Assembly (NCBI GenBank): GCA_041496385.1
Contig: JBGQEL010000083.1
Location: 1 to 19,240 of the forward strand
Length of the DNA stretch: 19,240 nucleotides
From: Candidatus Methylomirabilia bacterium
GTDB taxonomy: Bacteria > Methylomirabilota > Methylomirabilia > Rokubacteriales > CSP1-6
Direction of reading: 5' to 3'
Shown here: in pieces, positions 1-7,639 of the stretch
How positions within the stretch are numbered: the first letter of the stretch is position 1
Layout: the number at the start of each line of letters is the position of its first letter
Made by a program: the position numbers and the translations under genes
The notes under the pieces: generated by a model
Told to the model about the DNA's origin: nothing
What the model saw: only the letters and a program-made list of their open reading frames with translations
The model's database searches: none

Positions 1-171
1 CCCGCCGAGGTGAAGCGCGCGATCGCCGCCCACGGCGCCGCCTCCAAGGAGCAGATCCAGCACTGCGTCCGCCGGCTCCTCAGGCTGCGCGACCTTCCGA
101 CGCCGTCGCACGTCGCCGACGCCCTGGCGCTCGCGCTCACCGGGTTCTCGCGTCTCGGCGGCCGGATTTGA
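1..171 (+). CDS. ruvC: Holliday junction resolvase RuvC, C-terminal part (5' truncated by the window edge)
   Basis: Frame 1 reads PAEVKRAIAAHGAASKEQIQHCVRRLLRLRDLPTPSHVADALALALTGFSRLGGRI*, matching the RuvC C-terminal pattern (P..VK...G.A.K.Q ... ADALA.A). TGA at 169-171 overlaps the ruvA TTG. Confidence 0.92.
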   Translation, partial: PAEVKRAIAAHGAASKEQIQHCVRRLLRLRDLPTPSHVADALALALTGFSRLGGRI

Positions 172-830
172 TCGCGACGCTGACGGGCCGCGTGCGCCGC
201 AAGCTCGAGGACCGGATCGTCCTCGAGTGCGGCGGCATCGGCTACGAGGTGTTCCTGCCACCGATCGCGTTCCGCCAGCTCGAGGGCGTGACCGCCTCCG
301 CGGGCGACAAGGCGAGCGAGCTCGAGCTCGTCATCTACTACCACGCGACGCGCGACCAGCCACGACCCGTCCTGATCGGCTTCACCTCGGATCTCGACAA
401 GGAGTTCTTCGAGAAGCTCATCACGGTGAAGGACATCGGACCGATGGTCGCCGCGCGGGCCCTCGCGTCGCCGGTCGCCGAGCTGGCCGCAGCCATCGCA
501 CGCCAGGACGAGAAGTACCTGCGCGCGTTGCCGGGCATCGGGCCGCAGAAGGCGAAGAACATCGTCGCGCAGCTCCAGAGCAAGGTCGCCAAGTTCGCGC
601 TCGCGCGTGAAGCGCGTGAAGGTGGTCCCGCCGCCATGGATACCATCCCGACCGCGCCGGCCGGCAGCGAAGGGTTGCGGGAGCTGGTCTGGGACGTTCT
701 CGTCAAGCAGCTTGGCCACCGGCCGTCCGAGGCGTCACAGCTCATCACCGACGCGCTCCGCCGGCGGCCCTCCGCCCAGACGCCGGAGGATCTCTTCGAC
801 GAGATCTACCGCGGCGAGAAGAAGGCGTGA
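168..830 (+). CDS. ruvA: Holliday junction branch migration protein RuvA
   Basis: MIATLTG..., GIGYEV OB-fold start, two HhH motifs (VKDIGP, LPGIGPQKA), linker and C-terminal domain III. Lies between ruvC and ruvB. Confidence 0.93.
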   Translation: MIATLTGRVRRKLEDRIVLECGGIGYEVFLPPIAFRQLEGVTASAGDKASELELVIYYHATRDQPRPVLIGFTSDLDKEFFEKLITVKDIGPMVAARALASPVAELAAAIARQDEKYLRALPGIGPQKAKNIVAQLQSKVAKFALAREAREGGPAAMDTIPTAPAGSEGLRELVWDVLVKQLGHRPSEASQLITDALRRRPSAQTPEDLFDEIYRGEKKA

Positions 831-1876
831 GCGCCGCGGCCGCGCCCGACGAGGGGCGGATCCTCTCCCGGGTGGCCGCGCCCGAGGAGGCGCAGTTCGA
901 GCGTCAGCTCCGCCCGCGCTCGTTCGCCGAGTACGTCGGCCAGGAGCAGGCGGTCGCGAGCCTCCGCGTCTCGGTCGAGGCCGCGAAGCTCAGGCGCGAG
1001 TGCGTCGACCACGTCCTGCTCTACGGCCCACCCGGGCTCGGCAAGACCACGCTCGCGGGGATCATCTCGAACGAGATGGGGACGAGCCTCGTGGCCACGT
1101 CGGGCCCCGCGATCGAGCGCGGCGCCGACCTCATGGGTATCCTCACGAACCTGGCGGAGCACGACGTTCTGTTCATCGACGAGGTCCACCGTCTCCCGCG
1201 CGCCGTCGAGGAGCTCCTGTACCCGGCGATGGAGGACTACGCCGTCAACTTTGTCATCGACAAGGGCCTCCACGCCCGGACGCTGAAGTACGCGCTGCGG
1301 CCCTTCACGCTCGTCGCGGCGACGACGCGGCCCGGCATGCTCTCCGCGCCGCTCCGCGAGCGCTTCGGGATCTTCCACCACCTCGACTTCTACTCGGACG
1401 CCGAGCTGGAGCGGATCGTCAGCCGCTCGGCGGCGATTCTCGAGTCGCGCATCGAGTCGGACGCCGCGGCCGAGATCGCCCGGCGCTCCCGCGGCACCCC
1501 GCGCGTCGTCAATCGTCTGCTCCGGCGCGTGCGCGACTACGTGCTCGTGCACGGGAGCCCTGTGATCACCGCGGCGATCACGGGCGACGCGCTCGACCGC
1601 GAGGGCGTGGACGCGCGCGGACTCGACCGGCTCGACCGCCGTTTCCTGGTCGCGATCGTCGATCAGTACGGCGGCGGCCCGGTGGGCCTCGAGGCCGTCG
1701 CGGCGACCATCAACGACGAGGCGGAGACGCTCTCGGAGATGGTCGAGCCGTACCTGCTCAAGATCGGCTTCGTCGTCCGGACGCCGAACGGCCGGCGCGC
1801 GACGCGCGACGCCTACCGGCACCTGGGCAAGCAGCCTCCGTCGGCGGCGCCGGGACAGGCGGGGCTGTTCGAGTGA
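827..1876 (+). CDS. ruvB: Holliday junction branch migration ATPase RuvB
   Basis: LRPRSFAEYVGQ, Walker A GPPGLGKTT, Walker B LFIDEVHRL, LYPAMED, SRGTPR, GGPVGL, EPYL, RTPNGR. GTGA overlap with ruvA. Confidence 0.98.
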   Translation: MSAAAAPDEGRILSRVAAPEEAQFERQLRPRSFAEYVGQEQAVASLRVSVEAAKLRRECVDHVLLYGPPGLGKTTLAGIISNEMGTSLVATSGPAIERGADLMGILTNLAEHDVLFIDEVHRLPRAVEELLYPAMEDYAVNFVIDKGLHARTLKYALRPFTLVAATTRPGMLSAPLRERFGIFHHLDFYSDAELERIVSRSAAILESRIESDAAAEIARRSRGTPRVVNRLLRRVRDYVLVHGSPVITAAITGDALDREGVDARGLDRLDRRFLVAIVDQYGGGPVGLEAVAATINDEAETLSEMVEPYLLKIGFVVRTPNGRRATRDAYRHLGKQPPSAAPGQAGLFE

Positions 1877-2097
1877 GCGGCGTGAACGACGTCGGCCGGA
1901 TGCTCGTCGTCCTGGGCGTGCTCCTGGCGCTGGCGGGCGTCGTGCTGCTGCTCGCGGGCCGCGTGCCGTGGATCGGACGGCTGCCCGGCGATATCCACGT
2001 CCAGCGCGGCGACTGGACCTTCTACTTTCCGCTCGCCACCTCGCTCCTGCTGAGCGCGGTCCTCACGCTGGTGCTCTGGGTGCTCGGCCGACGGTGA
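1873..2097 (+). CDS. Small membrane protein, DUF2905 family
   Basis: GTG at 1873 (or 1882). Two hydrophobic segments flank GRLPGDI...FYFPLATSLLLS, the DUF2905 signature. Usual position after ruvB. Confidence 0.88.
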   Translation: MSGVNDVGRMLVVLGVLLALAGVVLLLAGRVPWIGRLPGDIHVQRGDWTFYFPLATSLLLSAVLTLVLWVLGRR

Positions 2098-3221
2098 CGC
2101 GCGCGCTCGCGATCGTCGCCACGATCCTCCTGACGGCGGGCGGCGCCTGGGCCGCCGGCTCGATCCGCGTCGCCCTCGTCGAGGGCGCGCGCGCGGTCGA
2201 GCTCCGGGGCACGGACATCGAGGTGAACGAGCTGGGCGGCTGCCAGGGTTGCGGGGCGCGCCGCGCCTGGCGCGTCGACGTCGTGCGGGCCGGCCTGAAC
2301 GGTCAGGGGATCGAGATCGACGGACGCCGCGCGCCCGGCTTCCGCCTGACGAGCGAACGGCCGATCCGCGTGAACGGGCGTGAGTATCCGGCGCCCCTCG
2401 ACGTCGTGAAGAACGGCGACGGACTGGCGGTCGTCAACGAGCTGCCGCTCGAGGACTACGTGGTCGGCGTGCTGCGCGCCGAGACGAGCGACCGCTGGCC
2501 GTGGGAGACGCTCCGCGCCCAGGCGATCGTCGCGCGCACCTACGCCGCCTACCACCGGACGCTCAACGCGGGGAAGGCCTACCACCTCGTCGCCTCGACG
2601 GCCCATCAGGTCTACGCCGGAAGTGTGTCCGCCAGCTCGCCGATCTGGGAGGCGGTGCGCGACACCACGGGACTGGTGCTCTTCTGGGAGGGCGAGCTCT
2701 TTCCGGCCTTCTATCATTCCGCCAGCGGCGGCTACACCGAGGACCCGAGGACCGTCTTCGCCGCGCGGAACATGCCCGCGCTCAAGGCGATCCGCGACGA
2801 GTTCTCGACGGGCGCGCCGAACTTCTACTGGAACCTCGATCTCCGCCTCGGCGACCTCGCCGGGATCCTCCGCCGGAACGGGACCGACGTGGGTCCGATC
2901 ACGGCGATCGAGGTCACGGAGCGTACGCCCTCGCTCCGGGCGTCGGTCGTCACCGTGCACGGTGCACGCGGGAGCGCGCGGCTACGGGGCAACGACTTCC
3001 GGCGCATGATCGGGTACGAGACGATCCGCTCCACGCTCTTCGCCGTGGCGGTGGACGGCGAGACGGCGCGCTTCGCCGGGCGCGGCTACGGCCACGGCGT
3101 CGGCATGTCGCAGTGGGGGGCCAAGGGCATGGCCGAGCAGGGCTACAAGGCCGAGAAGATCCTCGAATATTACTATCCCGGGACGACGCTCGGCTCGCTC
3201 GACGGCCGCTCGGCGCGGTGA
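2094..3221 (+). CDS. SpoIID/LytB domain protein (putative lytic transglycosylase or peptidoglycan remodelling protein) with signal peptide
   Basis: GTG at 2094 overlaps the previous stop. Signal peptide ending near AWA. Motifs VNELPLEDYVVGVLRAE, LRAQAIVARTYA, QVY, GRGYGHGVGMSQWGAKGMA, ILEYYYPG. Confidence 0.92.
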   Translation: MTRALAIVATILLTAGGAWAAGSIRVALVEGARAVELRGTDIEVNELGGCQGCGARRAWRVDVVRAGLNGQGIEIDGRRAPGFRLTSERPIRVNGREYPAPLDVVKNGDGLAVVNELPLEDYVVGVLRAETSDRWPWETLRAQAIVARTYAAYHRTLNAGKAYHLVASTAHQVYAGSVSASSPIWEAVRDTTGLVLFWEGELFPAFYHSASGGYTEDPRTVFAARNMPALKAIRDEFSTGAPNFYWNLDLRLGDLAGILRRNGTDVGPITAIEVTERTPSLRASVVTVHGARGSARLRGNDFRRMIGYETIRSTLFAVAVDGETARFAGRGYGHGVGMSQWGAKGMAEQGYKAEKILEYYYPGTTLGSLDGRSAR

Positions 3222-3550
3222 CGATCTCCTGGGGCGACTTCGAGAGGGTGGACATCCGCGTCGGTGTCGTCACCGACGTCAAGGAGTTCCCCGAGGCCCG
3301 CCGCCCCGCCTACCGCCTCTGGATCGATTTCGGCCCGCTCGGCGTCAAGCGCTCGAGCGCCCGGATCACGCGGCACTACCGGCCCGCCGACCTGCTCGGC
3401 CGCCGCGTGGTCGCCGTCGTGAACTTCCCGCCGAAGCAGATCGGCCCGTTCGTCTCCGAGGTGCTCGTGCTCGGCGCCTACGACGAGGCCGGCGAGGTGA
3501 TCCTGCTGCACCCGGAACGCGACGTGGCTCCGGGCTCGAAGATCGGCTGA
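3218..3550 (+). CDS. csaA: CsaA/Trbp111-type tRNA-binding protein or chaperone
   Basis: GTG at 3218. ISWGDFERVDIRVG, PEARRPAYRLWIDFG, SSARIT, VVNFPPKQIGPFVSEVLVLG are CsaA signatures. Confidence 0.9.
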   Translation: MTISWGDFERVDIRVGVVTDVKEFPEARRPAYRLWIDFGPLGVKRSSARITRHYRPADLLGRRVVAVVNFPPKQIGPFVSEVLVLGAYDEAGEVILLHPERDVAPGSKIG

Positions 3551-3558
3551 ACGGAAGA

Positions 3559-3750
3559 CTACTTCGTCAGGATCAGCTTGTCGGCTTTCGTGATCCGCAG
3601 GCGGTATTCCTGCCCGCGATGGACGATGACGATCTCGCGCCGTCCGCCGAACAGCCTGGCGCTCGACAGCGCCCGAGAGCCGGGTAGCCCGGCGCTCTGA
3701 TCGCCCGTCACCTCGCACTCGAACTGGTCGCCGGGCTCGGTCGCGCTCAC
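3559..3750 (-). CDS. hemP: Hemin uptake protein HemP family
   Basis: C-terminal LFGGRREIVIVHRGQEYRLRITKADKLILTK matches the HemP consensus (LF.G..EV.I.H.G..Y.LR.T..GKLILTK). GTG start overlaps the upstream stop. Confidence 0.88.
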   Translation of the reverse strand: MSATEPGDQFECEVTGDQSAGLPGSRALSSARLFGGRREIVIVHRGQEYRLRITKADKLILTK

Positions 3751-3872
3751 TCGTCCTCGCGTTTGATCTGCTGGGCCAGGTAGTGCGCCTCGCCCATCTG
3801 CTGGATGAGGCTCAGCTGGGCCTCGATCCGGTTCGCGTGCCCTTCTTCGCCGATGAGCAGGCAGCGGATCAT
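3747..3872 (-). pseudogene. 41-aa ORF corresponding to only the C-terminus (helix D/E) of bacterioferritin; remnant or mini-protein
   Basis: MIRCLLIGEEGHANRIEAQLSLIQQMGEAHYLAQQIKREDE aligns by eye with the Bfr C-terminus (IL.DEEGHIDWLETEL.LI.KMG..NYLQ.QI). No N-terminal Bfr sequence is recognisable upstream. Confidence 0.75.
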
Positions 3873-4705
3873 GAGATCAACGCGTTCTGGGACCGATGCG
3901 CCGCGCGGCCGCCCCCCGCGAAGAACAGCATTCCCGCCGCGACGAGATAGGTCGCGTAGGCCACGACCTCGAGGAAGGAAGGCCGGGCGCGATAGCCGGC
4001 GAGGCCGCTCAGGAATCCCCCGAGCACACTGTGATCGCTGAGCAGCCCCGAGGTGTCCCAGAGCGCATCCGTCGCCGGCAGCGCGCCGAGGCCCTCGAGC
4101 TTGCCGACGCCCGTGCTGAAGAGGCCACCCGCGACCAGCAGGAGCACGGTGGACGTGATCGAGAAGAAGCGCGGCAGACTCAGCTGGCGACCCCCGCGGA
4201 AGATCGCCCAGCCGAGGGCCGCCGCGGTACCGACGCCGAGCACGCCGCCGCCGATGCCGCCCCAGCCAGCGACGCTTGCCTGACTCGCGAGCCCCCACAG
4301 AAACAGCACCGTCTCGGCGCCCTCGCGGAACACGCCCGAGAAGGCGATGAGCCCGACGACCCACAGCCTCTGCGTCGCCTCCGCCTCGTCGATCCGCCGT
4401 TGGACGTCACCGCGGACTTCGCGCGCGTGCTGCCGCATCCACCAGCCGTGCCAGGTGAGAAGTCCCACCGCGAGGAAGATCACCACGAGCGTGACGATGT
4501 CGGGTCCGAGGTCGAGCAGCGGCCCCGAGGCGAACGCGACGGCCACGCCCATCGCGACGCTCGCGACGAGGCCGAGCGCCCCGCCCATGGTCACGTAGCG
4601 GAAATGCCGCCGCGCGCCCACCTTGTCGAGATAGGTGTAGACGATGCCCAGCAGGAGCGCCGCCTCGAAGGCCTCGCGCAGCGTGATGACGAACGTGGCG
4701 CCCAT
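3869..4705 (-). CDS. FTR1/EfeU/FtrC-family iron permease
   Basis: Multiple hydrophobic helices with two REXXE motifs (LREAFEAAL, FREGAETVLF), plus LWDTS and LAGY.ARPS near the C-terminus. Confidence 0.93.
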   Translation of the reverse strand: MGATFVITLREAFEAALLLGIVYTYLDKVGARRHFRYVTMGGALGLVASVAMGVAVAFASGPLLDLGPDIVTLVVIFLAVGLLTWHGWWMRQHAREVRGDVQRRIDEAEATQRLWVVGLIAFSGVFREGAETVLFLWGLASQASVAGWGGIGGGVLGVGTAAALGWAIFRGGRQLSLPRFFSITSTVLLLVAGGLFSTGVGKLEGLGALPATDALWDTSGLLSDHSVLGGFLSGLAGYRARPSFLEVVAYATYLVAAGMLFFAGGGRAAHRSQNALIS

Positions 4706-4725
4706 GCCGGCTCCGTTCCCGATCC

Positions 4726-5055
4726 CTACTCGACCACGATCCGGCCCTTCGCCGTGCTCTCGTGGTATTCCCCGATGAACGGGTAGGTGCCCGCCTTGAG
4801 CGCCCGGACCCTGATCTTCATCGTCTTCCCGCCGGGGATGACCTTTTCGATCCTGAGCTCCTTGCTCTCGAACTCCTCGGGTCCCGCGTCCTTGTTGGTG
4901 ACGACGAGGACGAACGGGACGCCGGTCTTCACCTTGATCTCGTCGGGCTGGAAGCGATTGTTCTGGATCGTGACGGCGATCTCGGGCGGGTCCGCCGCGA
5001 GGGCCGCGGCCGTCGCCACGGCGAGCAGTGCGAGCGCTGCCAGGACACCTCTCAT
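4726..5055 (-). CDS. Exported cupredoxin-domain protein (FtrB / EfeO N-terminal-like)
   Basis: ATG at 5055 with GGAGG 5 nt upstream. Signal peptide ending ALA. FQPDEIKV, EEFESKELRIEKVIPGG, GTYPFIGEYH. Adjacent to the FTR1 gene. Confidence 0.87.
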   Translation of the reverse strand: MRGVLAALALLAVATAAALAADPPEIAVTIQNNRFQPDEIKVKTGVPFVLVVTNKDAGPEEFESKELRIEKVIPGGKTMKIRVRALKAGTYPFIGEYHESTAKGRIVVE

Positions 5056-5086
5056 CGGATCCTCCCAGGCGGCCAGCTTGCCGAGA

Positions 5087-5105
5087 TTAGGTATACCTAA
5101 CCAAA
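5087..5105. promoter_or_regulatory. DtxR/IdeR/SirR-type metal-repressor operator
   Basis: Perfect 14-bp palindrome TTAGGTATACCTAA (5087-5100). The 19-mer TTAGGTATACCTAACCAAA matches the DtxR/IdeR consensus TWAGGTWAGSCTWACCTWA at 16 of 19 positions. Overlaps the -10 of the iron cassette promoter. Confidence 0.75.
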
Positions 5106-5118
5106 AAGATACTGTCAA
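5090..5118 (-). promoter_or_regulatory. Sigma70-type promoter of the iron cassette
   Basis: Minus strand TTGACA (5118-5113), 17-nt spacer, TATACC (5095-5090), in an AT-rich island. Confidence 0.72.
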
Positions 5119-5165
5119 CCTCAACCCCTGGTGGTGGGCCGCGGGCGCATGTACACTGCCTCGTC

Positions 5166-6191
5166 GTGGACGTCGCCCTGTTCGATTTCGAGCTGCCGCC
5201 CGCCCGCATCGCGCAGGCTCCGGCGCCGGCGCGCGACGCCTCGCGCCTGCTCCTGATCGACCGCGCCCGCGGCGCCCTCGAGGACCGCGTGTTCGCCGAG
5301 CTTCCCGACCTGCTGCGCCCCGGCGACTGCCTCGTCGTGAACGACTCGCGCGTGATCCCGGCGCGCGTCTTCGCGGCCGACGCCCGCGGCCGGCCCGTCG
5401 AGCTGCTCTTCCTCGAGCCGCACGGCGATCGGGCCTGGGCGGCGCTCGTCCGGCCCGGACGCCGCTGCCGGCCCGGCGTCGAGCTCGGGGCCGGGCGCGC
5501 CCGCCTGCGGATCGCCGCCACCCGCCCGGACGGGGCGCGGGTGATCGAGCGGCTCGACGGAACGATCGCCGACCTGCTCGAGACCGAGGGGCTGCCGCCG
5601 CTGCCGCCGTACATCGCGCGGCACGCGAAGCCCGAGGCCGAGGACCGGGAGCGCTACCAGACCGTCTACGCGCGAACGCCGGGCTCGGTCGCGGCGCCCA
5701 CCGCGGGCCTCCACTTCACACCGGCGGTGTTCGAGCGCCTACGCGCGCGCGGCGTCGAGCTGCACGCCCTGACGCTCCACGTCGGGCCCGCGACGTTCCG
5801 CCCGATCACGGCGTCGCGGATCGAGGATCATGCGCTGCCGGCGGAGCGGGCCGTCCTGCCGCCCGGCCTCGCGGCGGCCGTGAGCCGCGCCCGCGCCGAA
5901 GGCCGCCGGGTCATCGCCGTGGGTACGACGAGCGCGCGCGCCCTCGAGGGCTTCGCGCGGGAGGACGGATCGCTCGCGCCCGCGGACGGCGCCGTCGGGC
6001 TCTGCATCGTCCCCGGCCACCGCTTCCGCGTCCTGGACGGCCTGCTCACGAACTTCCACCTGCCGCGCTCGTCCCTCCTCGTCCTCGTCGCCGCGTTCGC
6101 GGGGCGGGAGCTGATCCTCGGCGCGTACGCCCACGCGGTGCGCGCGGGGTATCGCTTCTACTCCTACGGCGACGCGACGCTGATCCTGTGA
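5166..6191 (+). CDS. queA: S-adenosylmethionine:tRNA ribosyltransferase-isomerase
   Basis: FDFELP..IAQ.P, VNDSRVIPAR, LPPYI, ERYQTVYA, GSVAAPTAGLHF, LHVG, GTT, TNFHLPRS, YRFYSYGDA. Confidence 0.97.
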   Translation: MDVALFDFELPPARIAQAPAPARDASRLLLIDRARGALEDRVFAELPDLLRPGDCLVVNDSRVIPARVFAADARGRPVELLFLEPHGDRAWAALVRPGRRCRPGVELGAGRARLRIAATRPDGARVIERLDGTIADLLETEGLPPLPPYIARHAKPEAEDRERYQTVYARTPGSVAAPTAGLHFTPAVFERLRARGVELHALTLHVGPATFRPITASRIEDHALPAERAVLPPGLAAAVSRARAEGRRVIAVGTTSARALEGFAREDGSLAPADGAVGLCIVPGHRFRVLDGLLTNFHLPRSSLLVLVAAFAGRELILGAYAHAVRAGYRFYSYGDATLIL

Positions 6192-7318
6192 GCTGGGCAC
6201 TCCTGGCGACGGACGGCGCCGCGCGCGCGGGCCGGCTCACGACCGCGCACGGGGCGGTGGACACTCCGGTGTTCATGCCCGTCGGCACCCGCGCCGCGGT
6301 GAAGAGCCTCGCGCCCGACGACCTGCGCGCCGCGGGCGCGCAGATCGTGCTGGGCAATACCTACCACCTGCTGCTGCGGCCCGGGCACGAGATCGTGCGC
6401 GAGCTGGGCGGCCTCCACCGCTTCATGGGATGGGACGGCGCGATCCTCACCGACTCGGGGGGATTCCAGGTCTTCAGCCTCGCGAAGCTCCGGACGGTCA
6501 CGAAGGACGGCGTCGAGTTCCGTTCGCCCGTGGACGGCGCCGCGCACTTCCTCTCCCCGGAGCTCGCGATCGAGATCCAGCACGCCCTCGGCGCCGACAT
6601 CATCCACCCGCTCGACGAATGCCTCGCGTATCCGGCGCCGCGCGAGGCCGCCGAGCGCTCGCTCGAGCTCACGTTCGGCTGGGCGGTTCGTTCGAAGGCC
6701 GCGCACGGGGCCGGCGGGGCGGTGCCGCAGGCGCTCTTCGGCATCGTGCAGGGTGGGACACACGAGGCGCTGCGCCGGCGCGCGGCGCAACAGACCGTGG
6801 CGCTCGGTTTCGACGGGTACGCCATCGGCGGCATGGCGGTGGGCGAGCCCAAGCCGGCGATGTACGATCTCACCGCGCTCGTCACCGGCCTCCTGCCCCA
6901 GGATCGACCGCGCTATCTGATGGGCGTCGGCAAGCCCGAGGACCTCGTCGAGGCCGTCGCGCGCGGCGTGGACATGTTCGACTGCGTGCTCCCGACGCGC
7001 AACGCGCGGAACGGCCAGTGCTTCACCTGGGACGGCCCCGTGACGCTCAAGCAGGCGCGCTGGACGCGCGATCCCGCGCCCCTCGACGCGGAGTGCGGGT
7101 GCTACGCGTGCCACGGATTCTCGCGCGCGTATCTGCGCCACCTCTTCATGTCGCAGGAGCTGCTCGCGTACCGCCTGCTCTCCCTTCACAATGTGCACTT
7201 CTTCGTCGCCCTCATGCGCGCGATGCGCGCGGCGATCATGGAGGGCGCGTTTGCGGCATTCTCGGCTCGGTTTTTCTCACGTTATGCAGTATCATCCGTG
7301 GATGCTTCGCGGGACTGA
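6188..7318 (+). CDS. tgt: tRNA-guanine transglycosylase
   Basis: GTG at 6188 overlaps the queA stop. TPVFMPVGT, NTYHL, TDSGGFQVFSL, LDEC, GIVQGG, YLMGVG, DMFDCVLPTRNARNG, and the Zn site CGCYAC...HN. Confidence 0.97.
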   Translation: MSWALLATDGAARAGRLTTAHGAVDTPVFMPVGTRAAVKSLAPDDLRAAGAQIVLGNTYHLLLRPGHEIVRELGGLHRFMGWDGAILTDSGGFQVFSLAKLRTVTKDGVEFRSPVDGAAHFLSPELAIEIQHALGADIIHPLDECLAYPAPREAAERSLELTFGWAVRSKAAHGAGGAVPQALFGIVQGGTHEALRRRAAQQTVALGFDGYAIGGMAVGEPKPAMYDLTALVTGLLPQDRPRYLMGVGKPEDLVEAVARGVDMFDCVLPTRNARNGQCFTWDGPVTLKQARWTRDPAPLDAECGCYACHGFSRAYLRHLFMSQELLAYRLLSLHNVHFFVALMRAMRAAIMEGAFAAFSARFFSRYAVSSVDASRD

Positions 7319-7339
7319 TTCTCGAGGAGGGCGCGAGCG

Positions 7340-7639
7340 TTGTTGAGCGGCGGCGGTTCGAGCGCGGTCATGACCCAGCTTCTGTTCTTCGCCGCGATCT
7401 TCGCGATCTTCTACTTCCTGCTCATCCGGCCGCAGCAGAAGCAGAAGCGCGACCGCGAGACCATGCTCACCGCCCTCAAGAAGGGTGACCGCGTCGTCAC
7501 CACGGGCGGGCTCCACGGCACGATCGCCGGGATCGACGACCAGAAGGTGGTCCTGCGCGTGGCCGATCAGGTCAAGCTCGAAGTCGACCGCGCCGCGATC
7601 GGGCGCATCGTGGAGGTCCAGGGCGAGAAGAATGCCTAG
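7340..7639 (+). CDS. yajC: Preprotein translocase subunit YajC
   Basis: GAGGAGG SD at 7324-7330, TTG start. IFYFLLIRPQQK, LKKGDRVVTTGGLHGTI. Confidence 0.95.
   Translation: MLSGGGSSAVMTQLLFFAAIFAIFYFLLIRPQQKQKRDRETMLTALKKGDRVVTTGGLHGTIAGIDDQKVVLRVADQVKLEVDRAAIGRIVEVQGEKNA

Noticed and set aside
607..2097. Long ORF-track entries with extended N-termini (also 1968-3221, 2501-3550, 3747-4364, 4726-5124, 4787-7318, 7485-9191, 9246-12365, 17870-18772)
   Set aside because: The Arg/Ala/Pro-rich extensions are stop-poor alternate frames overlapping real genes in high-GC DNA. True starts were reassigned using overlaps, SDs and family N-termini. They are not fusions.
2094..3221. SpoIID as evidence of sporulation; CQGC as a metal site
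   Set aside because: SpoIID/LytB-domain genes at this locus are common in non-sporulating bacteria, and a lone CxxC in an exported protein is most simply a disulfide.
7271..7295. Possible internal yajC-secDF promoter (TATCAT at 7290-7295 in the AT-rich tgt tail)
   Set aside because: No supporting -35 or extended -10, so too weak to call.
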